The position numbers were made by a program, and so were the translations under genes. A DNA stretch of 28,294 nt. It comes from a virus (taxonomy: Duplodnaviria > Caudoviricetes). Under the pieces are notes generated by a model. The model ran no database searches. It had not been told where the DNA came from and saw only the letters and a program-made list of their open reading frames with translations. Positions 17,993-24,957 of this stretch are shown here, in pieces. Position 1 is the stretch's first letter. Every line of letters begins with the position of its first letter. The DNA lies in IMG/VR virus record IMGVR_UViG_3300047510_000243, positions 1 to 28,294 of that record. One strand, 5' to 3'.

Positions 17993-18316
17993 CTATGCCT
18001 CGGCCTTGTACTTCGCCAGCAGATTCCTGCCCTTCGCGGCCAGACGTTGCGCCGCAGCCTCTGTGCGCGGTGCAGGCTCACCCCAGGCCCGCGCTGCCAG
18101 CGCCAGCCTGGTGGGATCGCCAGCCTTGTCGACCAGCGGCCCAGAAGGGTTCGTATAGAACCGCGTGAGGAACGAACCCTTGCGCCTGGCGCGTTGCCCG
18201 GTAGGGCTCGAATCCTTCACGCCTGGCTGCAGGTTCTTCGACTCGCCCGTCGACTCGTAATGCCGTCTGCCGGCCTCTGTCAGCCCGCCTTCTGGATCTT
18301 TGTAGCGAGCCTTCAT
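17993..18316 (-). CDS. Conserved basic phage protein
   Basis: 'KDPEGGLTEAGRRHY...RRKGSFLTRF...TRLALAARAWG' motif, common upstream of portals. Confidence 0.75.
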   Translation of the reverse strand: MKARYKDPEGGLTEAGRRHYESTGESKNLQPGVKDSSPTGQRARRKGSFLTRFYTNPSGPLVDKAGDPTRLALAARAWGEPAPRTEAAAQRLAAKGRNLLAKYKAEA

Positions 18317-18326
18317 AGCGATGAAC

Positions 18327-18590
18327 TTACCGCTTGCCTGGGCCTGCTGCTGCCGCTGCTATCTGGGCCTGATAAGCCGCGATCACCTCGGGCGTCCACG
18401 CTGCTTGGCACTGCGCCACCACCTTGTCAGGCTGTCCAGTCAGATCCTGACCAGGAGTGAGCGACCAGCGTTTGAACTGGCGAGCGAAGAACTCGCCATC
18501 CTTGGTGATCGTCGTAGCCTCGCGCACCTGAACGGTGCCGTTGCCGACAATCTCGATGCGATCAATTTCAGTGGTTTCTGCAAGTGACAT
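18327..18590 (-). CDS. Fibre-associated small protein (putative chaperone/tip)
   Basis: Start MSLAETTEIDRIEIV with AGGAG RBS; 'VQVREAT...AAWTPEVIAAY' motif typically follows LDDYEEG-type fibres. Confidence 0.7.
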   Translation of the reverse strand: MSLAETTEIDRIEIVGNGTVQVREATTITKDGEFFARQFKRWSLTPGQDLTGQPDKVVAQCQAAWTPEVIAAYQAQIAAAAAGPGKR

Positions 18591-18631
18591 GATTACTCCT
18601 TTGTGTCCGACCACGCTATCCAGCGTGGTTA

Positions 18632-19288
18632 TCAGGTCGAATAGGTGATTGAAAGCATAATCTCGCCGGCGCTATCCATTGGAACAGCAGTGCTAGCCCC
18701 GCCTCCTACTGGATATTGCCAAAAACGTAAAAAACTTGCATTTTCATTCATAAACACCGTAACAACATTTGATGCTGTTAAACCAATATTATTCAAATAA
18801 CCAATTGTTCCAGAGCTATAGTTTGACGTTTGACTATTAGAAGTGAATGGCAACCCACTTAACTGAAGATCTCCAGTTCCTGTATGTGCAGTCCAACCTA
18901 TATAACCATAAACTGTGACAAGAGCGCCGACTTTCAAATATCTGAATGATTTGCTCGAATAGGTTCCTGTGCCACTTGTTGAACCTCCCACAATCGCAAT
19001 CAACGAACTGCAATCGCCTTCCTCGTAGTCATCCAGCGTGTTCGCATCGCTCGATGCCGACAGCGTAGCCGGGAATGAAATACCAGCACCGGATGCAGCA
19101 GGCGTAGCGCCACCCACGCCAATGGTGGCAGGGAAGGTCTTCAGATAGTTCTGCAGTTCCTGCGCGGTGATCTTCTTCGACCGATCAGCAGCAGCTGCTT
19201 CGCTGATGTCGACGATGTAGAGCAGGTCACCAGTTGCGGTGGTTGCGCCCGTCAGCGACGTGAGCGCGGAGACGGCTTTATCAGTCAT
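18632..19288 (-). CDS. Fibre protein (putative head fibre)
   Basis: Start MTDKAVSALT with GGAG RBS; N-terminal 'DLLYIVD...SKKIT' module, 'ANTLDDYEEG', and a beta-sandwich C-terminus (KVGALVTV, LSGLPF). Confidence 0.7.
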   Translation of the reverse strand: MTDKAVSALTSLTGATTATGDLLYIVDISEAAAADRSKKITAQELQNYLKTFPATIGVGGATPAASGAGISFPATLSASSDANTLDDYEEGDCSSLIAIVGGSTSGTGTYSSKSFRYLKVGALVTVYGYIGWTAHTGTGDLQLSGLPFTSNSQTSNYSSGTIGYLNNIGLTASNVVTVFMNENASFLRFWQYPVGGGASTAVPMDSAGEIMLSITYST

Positions 19289-19289
19289 T

Positions 19290-19595
19290 TCAACTCTCCA
19301 AAAGTAAGAATTCCAAGTCCTCAAGCAGGGCGTCGTATCCGCTCTCGAGCTCGAGATTGTCGAAGTAAATCTCGTCGTTCTCGAACAGCAGATATGACAT
19401 GTCTTCCAGCAGCACGTTGCCACCGCCCTCCAACTCGACGTTGTAGGACAGGTAGTCGGTGGTCTCTAGCAGCAGGTATCCCAGATCCTCGAGCAGGATG
19501 CCGCCACCGTCTTCCAGCGTCAGTACCGATGGAAACTCGATGCCGCCCCCAAACCCGCCAAAGTGCGAGAGCTTGAGGTTGATGCCGATGAGCAT
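19290..19595 (-). CDS. Acidic triple-repeat protein (putative fibre adaptor)
   Basis: Three repeats of LExG..LLED..(Y/F)LL(L/F)E after an N-terminal MLIGINLKL-Gly linker. Confidence 0.7.
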   Translation of the reverse strand: MLIGINLKLSHFGGFGGGIEFPSVLTLEDGGGILLEDLGYLLLETTDYLSYNVELEGGGNVLLEDMSYLLFENDEIYFDNLELESGYDALLEDLEFLLLES

Positions 19596-19596
19596 G

Positions 19597-19851
19597 TCAG
19601 ATCAGCCCGACGATGCTCGTCGCAGATGTTCCAGTTGACCAGACCCTCACAGCCATCACCGGCAGGATCGAGCCGGCCTGGACGGCATTGAAGGTCGTGG
19701 CGTTGCCAAGCGTGTCGGTGATCTTCACGTTGCCGGCACCGCCGATGTAGAGCGCCCGCACCGGCGCCGCCAGGTCAGCATCAGCCGGGGAGATTGAGAT
19801 CGCACCGATGGCGACAGAATCCGGCGTGGTGGGGAAGGGTACTTGTGCCAT
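19597..19851 (-). CDS. Head spike base protein (RcGTA Rcc01079-like)
   Basis: 'ISPADADLAAPVRALYIGGAGNVKI...TFNAVQAGSILPVMAVRVWSTGTSATSIVGL' matches the family pattern as recalled. Confidence 0.75.
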   Translation of the reverse strand: MAQVPFPTTPDSVAIGAISISPADADLAAPVRALYIGGAGNVKITDTLGNATTFNAVQAGSILPVMAVRVWSTGTSATSIVGLI

Positions 19852-19852
19852 G

Positions 19853-20011
19853 TCACTTTCCTTTTTGAGCAGCACGCATGTTGTCGATCAACGAAGGGTA
19901 GGGTCGACCGGCCTTGCGTGCCATCATCTGTGCGGCCTTCTTCTGCATCGGAGAAAGCTGCTTCGGTTCGCCCAGGCCTTTCGGCCTTGGCTTGTCCCAG
20001 ACCTCTTTCAT
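19853..20011 (-). CDS. Small basic protein (52 aa)
   Basis: Manual translation MKEVWDKPRPKGLGEPKQLSPMQKKAAQMMARKAGRPYPSLIDNMRAAQKGK; ATGA overlap with the upstream gene. Confidence 0.75.
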   Translation of the reverse strand: MKEVWDKPRPKGLGEPKQLSPMQKKAAQMMARKAGRPYPSLIDNMRAAQKGK

Positions 20012-20205
20012 TTCTTCATCCCGTACTCGTCGAGCTCAGACTCGAGCTCAGCGGCCATCTTCATCTCGTGCTCGTTGGGCTTACGCCGGCCGGCACGCTG
20101 GGCCATCATCTGCGCTACCTTCTTTTGGAAGGCAGTGGCCTTCATGGCTTTCATCTCTTCGCCGTGGCCCTTGCCGTTGGATTCGATCTCGATCTCGACC
20201 TTCAT
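20008..20205 (-). CDS. Small charged hypothetical protein
   Basis: 65-aa ORF coupled by ATGA overlaps on both sides. Confidence 0.7.
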   Translation of the reverse strand: MKVEIEIESNGKGHGEEMKAMKATAFQKKVAQMMAQRAGRRKPNEHEMKMAAELESELDEYGMKK

Positions 20206-20372
20206 TTCTTTCTCGCCATCCCAGCCTCGGACATCGCGATCGCCACGGCCTGGTCGCGGCTGGCAACCTTGTCACCGCTCGAGCTCTTCAGCTTCCCGGC
20301 CTTGTACTCGCGCATGACCTTCGAGACCTTGGCTTTCATCTTGTCGTCTTTGGATTCGTAGTGACCGGGCAT
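20202..20372 (-). CDS. Small basic protein (DUF6496-like)
   Basis: Manual translation MPGHYESKDDKMKAKVSKVMREYKAGKLKSSSGDKVASRDQAVAIAMSEAGMARKK; AGGAG RBS. Confidence 0.78.
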   Translation of the reverse strand: MPGHYESKDDKMKAKVSKVMREYKAGKLKSSSGDKVASRDQAVAIAMSEAGMARKK

Positions 20373-20374
20373 GT

Positions 20375-21001
20375 TTACGCTCCTGCAAGCATGGATCTAC
20401 TGCGACGGGACACCGCTGCAAGCCTGGCGCTGCGACGTTCACCGAGCTCACGCTGCAGACCCTGCTCGAGCTCTGCACGGCGGGCCTGGAAGGGCTCATC
20501 GCTGAATGCTGCGATTGTTGGCCTGGTGGGCGCGGCGGGTGCTGCGGGTGCTGCCTCGGAGAAGGTTGGCAGCGGCCGTGGCTCGTCGTACTCGTAGGGC
20601 ACCTGGCGCACGTCGTAACCGACGATTTTGCCGAGCCCGACTTTTGATAGCAGTCCACCAACCGGGCCGTACTTCGGCACCCTCTCTTCGGTGTACCCGA
20701 TCGCTTTGACGGTCGGGTTGGCGCGGATCTCAGCCAGCTGCGCCTCGTAAGCCTTGAGCCTGCCCTTGTAGGCCTCGGTCGCTGCCTCGTAGGCCGGGAA
20801 GTCCTTCGTCTGGTACTGAGAGAGCGCCGTCTCGAAGGGTGCCATCTTCTCGGTCACCCCAGCCTGGTAGGTGCTGAACGCTTTTTCCTGCTCGCCGGTG
20901 AGTGCTGCGACCTGCTGCCGGAACTGCTTCGACAGTTGGTCGATGCTCGAGGTCTTGCGTGCAAGCCTCATGCGCTCGGTTGGCGAGAAGGCAGTGGCCA
21001 T
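20375..21001 (-). CDS. Hypothetical protein (possibly virion-associated)
   Basis: 208-aa ORF coupled to the upstream gene (TGATG). Confidence 0.7.
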   Translation of the reverse strand: MATAFSPTERMRLARKTSSIDQLSKQFRQQVAALTGEQEKAFSTYQAGVTEKMAPFETALSQYQTKDFPAYEAATEAYKGRLKAYEAQLAEIRANPTVKAIGYTEERVPKYGPVGGLLSKVGLGKIVGYDVRQVPYEYDEPRPLPTFSEAAPAAPAAPTRPTIAAFSDEPFQARRAELEQGLQRELGERRSARLAAVSRRSRSMLAGA

Positions 21002-21447
21002 CAGAGCATCATCCCTGTGCCCAGCTGGGAGGAGGTCACGCCGAGCTCGGGCGTGAGTCGTTCCTGGGAGAGCAGGGAGCGCCTGCCGCCTCGAGTCCTG
21101 GCACGGATAGCTGACGCTTCGGATTGCGCAGCGAGCCTGCGTTGTTCGTCTGCAGCGGCCTGTACCTCGCGAGCTTTGTTCTCCATCGCAAGTTTATTTT
21201 CTTGATATTGGAGTTGTGAAGCCTGAAAAGATTGGCGAGCGGTCTCAGCCTGCGATTGGAGGGAAGCGGCCTGCCTACCGTAGGCAGCGGTCTGCGCGGC
21301 TACAGCCTCGCGCATAGCGGCAGCGTCTTGTTCCTGCTGTTGCAGCTGAAGCGCCTGATTGCGTGCAGCGGCCTGCCGAGACCGGCGTGCTTCGTTGGCC
21401 TGGTAAGCGGTGCCGAGCAACACAGCGCCCGCAATAATAAACGGCAT
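21001..21447 (-). CDS. Ala/Gln-rich coiled-coil protein
   Basis: Hydrophobic N-terminus and a 'RTRGGRRSLLS' C-terminal motif common in pre-portal podovirus genes; AGGAG RBS. Confidence 0.72.
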   Translation of the reverse strand: MPFIIAGAVLLGTAYQANEARRSRQAAARNQALQLQQQEQDAAAMREAVAAQTAAYGRQAASLQSQAETARQSFQASQLQYQENKLAMENKAREVQAAADEQRRLAAQSEASAIRARTRGGRRSLLSQERLTPELGVTSSQLGTGMML

Positions 21448-21450
21448 CTT

Positions 21451-21768
21451 CTATCTCCTGATCAGCACTTCATCCAGGCTCGACGGTTCCTTCTCATCGG
21501 TAGCGTGGATGCAGAACCATACCGCGTCTTCCTCGGCCTCGATGTAGTGCTGCTGCCCAGCCAGGATGGTGATCACCGCCGGCGCACGGTAGCTGCACTC
21601 CACGCCATCGACCACAACCGACACCGCCCCGCTCGCCAGTATCGACAGATGGTCGTACTGGTGCGCGTGGGTCACCGCAAAGTGACCCGCTGGCAGCACC
21701 ATCTGTCTGGCATACACCCCGTCAGAGAAGTGATGCTGGATCTTCAGGTCGATGTCTATCGCGCCCAT
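21451..21768 (-). CDS. Cupin-fold protein
   Basis: 'HHFSDGVYAR...HAHQYDHLSILASG...HYI...CIH' cupin metal-binding motifs. Confidence 0.8.
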   Translation of the reverse strand: MGAIDIDLKIQHHFSDGVYARQMVLPAGHFAVTHAHQYDHLSILASGAVSVVVDGVECSYRAPAVITILAGQQHYIEAEEDAVWFCIHATDEKEPSSLDEVLIRR

Positions 21769-21828
21769 GTCGCGCATTCTAGCGGGGCGCTTGGCTATTG
21801 GAAGGGAGGAGGTATCGGCGCGGTATCA

Positions 21829-22093
21829 CACGCTGATGGCAGGCTCGTAACCGTCTGACCAAATACAACCTCACCCGAGGCGCGGGCCTCGATTTTCTTC
21901 GACCGGGAGGAGCCTTGCGGTATCCCGGCCATCAGGCGCTCTGGTTTATCTAGGCTAGCTTGATCTTTCGATCTCGCCCCGCGCATCTGGCCCCGTTCGC
22001 TTTCGCTACTGAAGCACCACACGATTCGCCACGTTTATCCGAGTTGGTCGCGCCTACCTTCTCGAGGGCTGGGTTATGGCCCCCATCAGCGCG
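21829..22093 (-). ncRNA. Candidate large structured ncRNA
   Basis: Closing stem CGCGCTGATGG/CCATCAGCGTG with several internal GNRA-capped hairpins; no credible ORF. Confidence 0.55.
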
Positions 22094-22102
22094 TCGACCA
22101 AC

Positions 22103-22204
22103 GAAAAAGCCCTTGCAGCTGCCTCCCGGTAGGAACCCCTCGGAGACGGCAAGGGGCGGGAAGCATGTGCAAGGGCTCTGACTGCTGTCGGTTCCTACGC
22201 CAAC
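22103..22204 (-). ncRNA. Candidate C4/CI-like antisense or attenuator RNA (element 1), ending in a terminator-like U-tract
   Basis: The 5' hairpin loop CGTAGGAA is complementary to bulge TTCCTAC in a long stem AGAGCCCTTGCA/TGCAAGGGCTTT-TT. Confidence 0.6.
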
Positions 22205-22211
22205 GCTTCGT

Positions 22212-22240
22212 ACAGTACCCAAACGCCCCAGATGCGTCAA
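22212..22240 (-). promoter_or_regulatory. Sigma70-like promoter overlapping the terL stop codon
   Basis: TTGACG-N17-TACTGT. Confidence 0.6.
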
Positions 22241-23781
22241 GCGAACACGTCAAAGTCGTTGGATGCGGTAGTGGCTTGTACCAGTGGGGCGCCTGCCATG
22301 TTGCTTTTGCGCACCATCCGGTTGTACTCGCCCCCGCCCAGCATCAGGTAGCCGAATGAGTCGCCAATGTGCGAGTGTTCATTCTTATTAGGGCTATCTC
22401 TAAATCGTTCCTGTCCTGCGCCGATGGCAACACGTTTGAAGTGATACCCGCCGCCCAGGGCTTTCCGTAGCAGCTTGCAGTTGCGATTGACAATCAACCC
22501 TGGCTTACCGTTCACCAGACGCTGCATGGGCGCTGCAGCGGCTTCTCGGCGAACCTTGAAGTCGTTGCTGGCAGTGGGCTGTGCTCTGAGCCCCAGCGTC
22601 TTTAGAAAGTCGAAGGAGGTGACCTCGTAGATCGCATCCCTGGCCATGCCGGCGGGATCGCCCCAGAGCATGACCTGGTGGTTGGGGTATCGCTGGTTCA
22701 GTTCTGCCAGCAGCTGCAGCCCGAACCGCTCGAGGCCCATGTCGAAGGTCACGATCTCGTGATGCACCAGCCAGCGCCCATTGGGTAGACGCTGCCCGAT
22801 GGTGGCCGCGGGCGTCAGACCAAAGTCCAGGCCGACCTGGATGGGGACGCCAGGCTCGACCTCGGTATCTCCAGACATGCTGGCATCGTCGTACTCTGGC
22901 CAGACTGGCCGGCCTTCCTGCACATATGTATATAGACCTGCTGCGTAGCAGCGGATCCAGTCCAGGTTCTTACCCGGCAGCATCTGCGCGTAGTACCCGG
23001 CAGGGAGGTTGTTGATGTTCTCCGCTTTCGGGTTCAGCTTCCACCACTTGCCTGCAGCAAAGGCGTGATCGTTGGCCTCGGGGTTCTCCGGCAGATCATC
23101 GCTTGGCACCTCGATGACACCGCCTGGTTGCTTCCAGAACTTCCACCCTTGTGGCTTTTCCTTCTCGGCCATGTTGTGCCACCAGTGATCATCATCCATT
23201 GGGTTGGTGTCCATCCAGATACCGTGCCAGGACGCGCCACCATCCCTCTTCGTGGGATACCTGCCGACACGGTGCGTGAGACCGTCTATAACCGCTTTGG
23301 GGAGCTCCCTGGCCTCGTTCACCCATGCACCTGTCAACTCCAGCGACAGGAGCTTCCTGACATCTTTGGGCTGATCGAGTGCCAGGAAGATGACCTCACA
23401 GTCGATGCCTGCAGCGTCACCGCGTGCGGGCAGTCTGATGTGATGCGTTATCGGTGGCGTCCAGAGTAAATTGCCAAAGGTCGACTCTGGGAACAGATCC
23501 AACCAGGTCTTGATCGTTGTGGTCTTCAGCATGGGGTAGCTATTGCGCACCACGGCCCAGCGCGTGTACCGGATGTTATCGATGGGGGAGGGCTTTTGTT
23601 TGACGGCCTGGATAAAGATTCTGGCAGCGCACCCGTATGACTTCCCCGAGCCCACTGGCCCCATGATGCCCTGGACGAAGTTCTTGCTGGAGATGAAATC
23701 AAAGATTGTGGCCGACTCGCTGAAGTCGAGCTTCAACCCCGTGACCGGCACGCTCTTGTCACTGGCCTGCTTGGTTCTCAC
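22237..23781 (-). CDS. terL: Terminase large subunit
   Basis: Walker A 'GPVGSGKS', Walker B 'AWVNEARE', 'DTNP', nuclease 'GLDFGLTPA', 'GDPAG' and 'SHIGDSFGY'. Confidence 0.95.
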   Translation of the reverse strand: MRTKQASDKSVPVTGLKLDFSESATIFDFISSKNFVQGIMGPVGSGKSYGCAARIFIQAVKQKPSPIDNIRYTRWAVVRNSYPMLKTTTIKTWLDLFPESTFGNLLWTPPITHHIRLPARGDAAGIDCEVIFLALDQPKDVRKLLSLELTGAWVNEARELPKAVIDGLTHRVGRYPTKRDGGASWHGIWMDTNPMDDDHWWHNMAEKEKPQGWKFWKQPGGVIEVPSDDLPENPEANDHAFAAGKWWKLNPKAENINNLPAGYYAQMLPGKNLDWIRCYAAGLYTYVQEGRPVWPEYDDASMSGDTEVEPGVPIQVGLDFGLTPAATIGQRLPNGRWLVHHEIVTFDMGLERFGLQLLAELNQRYPNHQVMLWGDPAGMARDAIYEVTSFDFLKTLGLRAQPTASNDFKVRREAAAAPMQRLVNGKPGLIVNRNCKLLRKALGGGYHFKRVAIGAGQERFRDSPNKNEHSHIGDSFGYLMLGGGEYNRMVRKSNMAGAPLVQATTASNDFDVFA

Positions 23782-23945
23782 TCTGGCCTCGTCTGGATGG
23801 TGATCTGTGCTTTAGTAAGCCTGGCCGTCACCACCAATTCATCACAGAGCTCTTTGGCTTCCAGTGGATTGTGATCCAGCATGGCCTGCCATATCGCATC
23901 AGCCAGGCGCTTCATCTGCGTGCAGCCCTCAGAGTAATCAATCAT
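23778..23945 (-). CDS. Small hypothetical protein (55 aa)
   Basis: Manual translation MIDYSEGCTQMKRLADAIWQAMLDHNPLEAKELCDELVVTARLTKAQITIQTRPE; ATGA and GTGA overlaps at both ends. Confidence 0.7.
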   Translation of the reverse strand: MIDYSEGCTQMKRLADAIWQAMLDHNPLEAKELCDELVVTARLTKAQITIQTRPE

Positions 23946-24181
23946 TCTTTTTTCTCCTGTAATTCAGCATACAGATTGAAAACACCATCATCGAGTTCTG
24001 TAATCTCATCGGTGTACTCAATGCGCAAGATGCCGAATTGAGTGTTGCGATGCAAGACAGCCACAGGCTCCTGCTCCGGTTGCGCCAATCTTTCTTTTAG
24101 CTCTTCAACAACCGGCCAGTCATACGCATTGCTGCCCTCCAACGCATAAAGCGCCCATTTCATCAACTCTCGGTCAGTCAT
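23942..24181 (-). CDS. Mosaic small protein, paralog A
   Basis: First ~40 aa identical to paralog B; AAGGAG RBS. Confidence 0.75.
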   Translation of the reverse strand: MTDRELMKWALYALEGSNAYDWPVVEELKERLAQPEQEPVAVLHRNTQFGILRIEYTDEITELDDGVFNLYAELQEKKE

Positions 24182-24547
24182 GTGTTCTTCTCCTTGAGCT
24201 TAGCTTCTATGGCTTCCGCAAAATCTAAAACGTTCTGGTTAGCCATGCTGATGTGATAGGTGACGGAATGCCCAGCAGGGGCAACATTACAAGCCCATAT
24301 TTCGTCAGCCGTCAGCCCTTGCCATTGGCGCGGTACGGTGTAGAGGGGCGTCATGTGGTCATAGAACTTGTCCCATGACAGCAGGTTTTCGCTTTCGCTG
24401 ATCCACGCCACCGGCTCCTGCTCTGGCTGTGCCAATCTTTCTTTTAGCTCTTCAACAACCGGCCAGTCATACGCATTGCTGCCCTCCAAGGCATAAAGCG
24501 CCCATTTCATCAACTCTCGGTCAGTCATGTGTTCTTCTCCTTCAGCT
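24066..24547. repeat. ~135-bp near-perfect direct repeat (copies ~24066-24200 and ~24413-24547, period 347 bp)
   Basis: Identical apart from a few substitutions; covers the RBS and 5' ends of both paralogs. Confidence 0.92.
24178..24528 (-). CDS. Mosaic small protein, paralog B
   Basis: MTDRELMKW...AQPEQEPVAW...WQGLTADE...IEAKLKEKNT. Confidence 0.75.
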   Translation of the reverse strand: MTDRELMKWALYALEGSNAYDWPVVEELKERLAQPEQEPVAWISESENLLSWDKFYDHMTPLYTVPRQWQGLTADEIWACNVAPAGHSVTYHISMANQNVLDFAEAIEAKLKEKNT

Positions 24548-24769
24548 TGTATACCCATCCTTAACAACTTTGTGCAGTGCCTCAGTCAGCGCACCGATCA
24601 GTTGCAACCTGTCTTGTGTCGGGCTGCTCTTGATCTTGAACTGCCCACGATCTTTCCAGAACAGCACAACGATCGCTGTGTCTGGGTTCTCGTCGATAGC
24701 TTCATAGAGTATTTCCGCTGCGGCCTCTTTGTACTTGTCTGTAATCGCTACTGGCTGTAGTTTGCTCAT
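24542..24769 (-). CDS. Hypothetical protein
   Basis: Likely start MSKLQPV (ATGA overlap, GGAGG RBS). Confidence 0.7.
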   Translation of the reverse strand: MSKLQPVAITDKYKEAAAEILYEAIDENPDTAIVVLFWKDRGQFKIKSSPTQDRLQLIGALTEALHKVVKDGYTS

Positions 24770-24957
24770 CGCTCTAACCTCCCGTTTGGGTTTCCATCTC
24801 CGTCCACGCTCATCCCCTCCGCTGGCACCTCGTAAGTTGACCACCTGTGCTCGCAGTTGGAACAGTCTCGTAGTCGCCACTTCCACCCGTATCGAGTGTC
24901 TCGGCGGGACTCCTTGACCTTGCTCTGCCACGAGCCGCATACAGGACACAGGCTCAT
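24766..24957 (-). CDS. NrdR N-terminal-like zinc-ribbon protein
   Basis: CPVCG...SKVKESR...RLRDCSNCEHRWSTYE matches the NrdR Zn-ribbon pattern; no ATP-cone. Confidence 0.8.
   Translation of the reverse strand: MSLCPVCGSWQSKVKESRRDTRYGWKWRLRDCSNCEHRWSTYEVPAEGMSVDGDGNPNGRLER

Noticed and set aside
16617-18158. 513-aa plus-strand ORF (and many other plus-strand ORFs, e.g. 14294-15193 and 13156-13968)
   Set aside because: These are antisense shadows of GC-rich, codon-biased minus-strand genes. They have no motifs or RBS and overlap the portal, capsid and tail genes.
19289-19423. N-terminal extension of the fibre ORF (MATCCWKT...)
   Set aside because: It overlaps the acidic adaptor gene in another frame; the ATG at 19288 has a good RBS and a family-typical start.
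21795-22240. ORFs 21795-22022, 21950-22240 and 21960-22181 as proteins
   Set aside because: Non-ATG or RBS-less starts, atypical composition, and the region is better explained by RNA structure.
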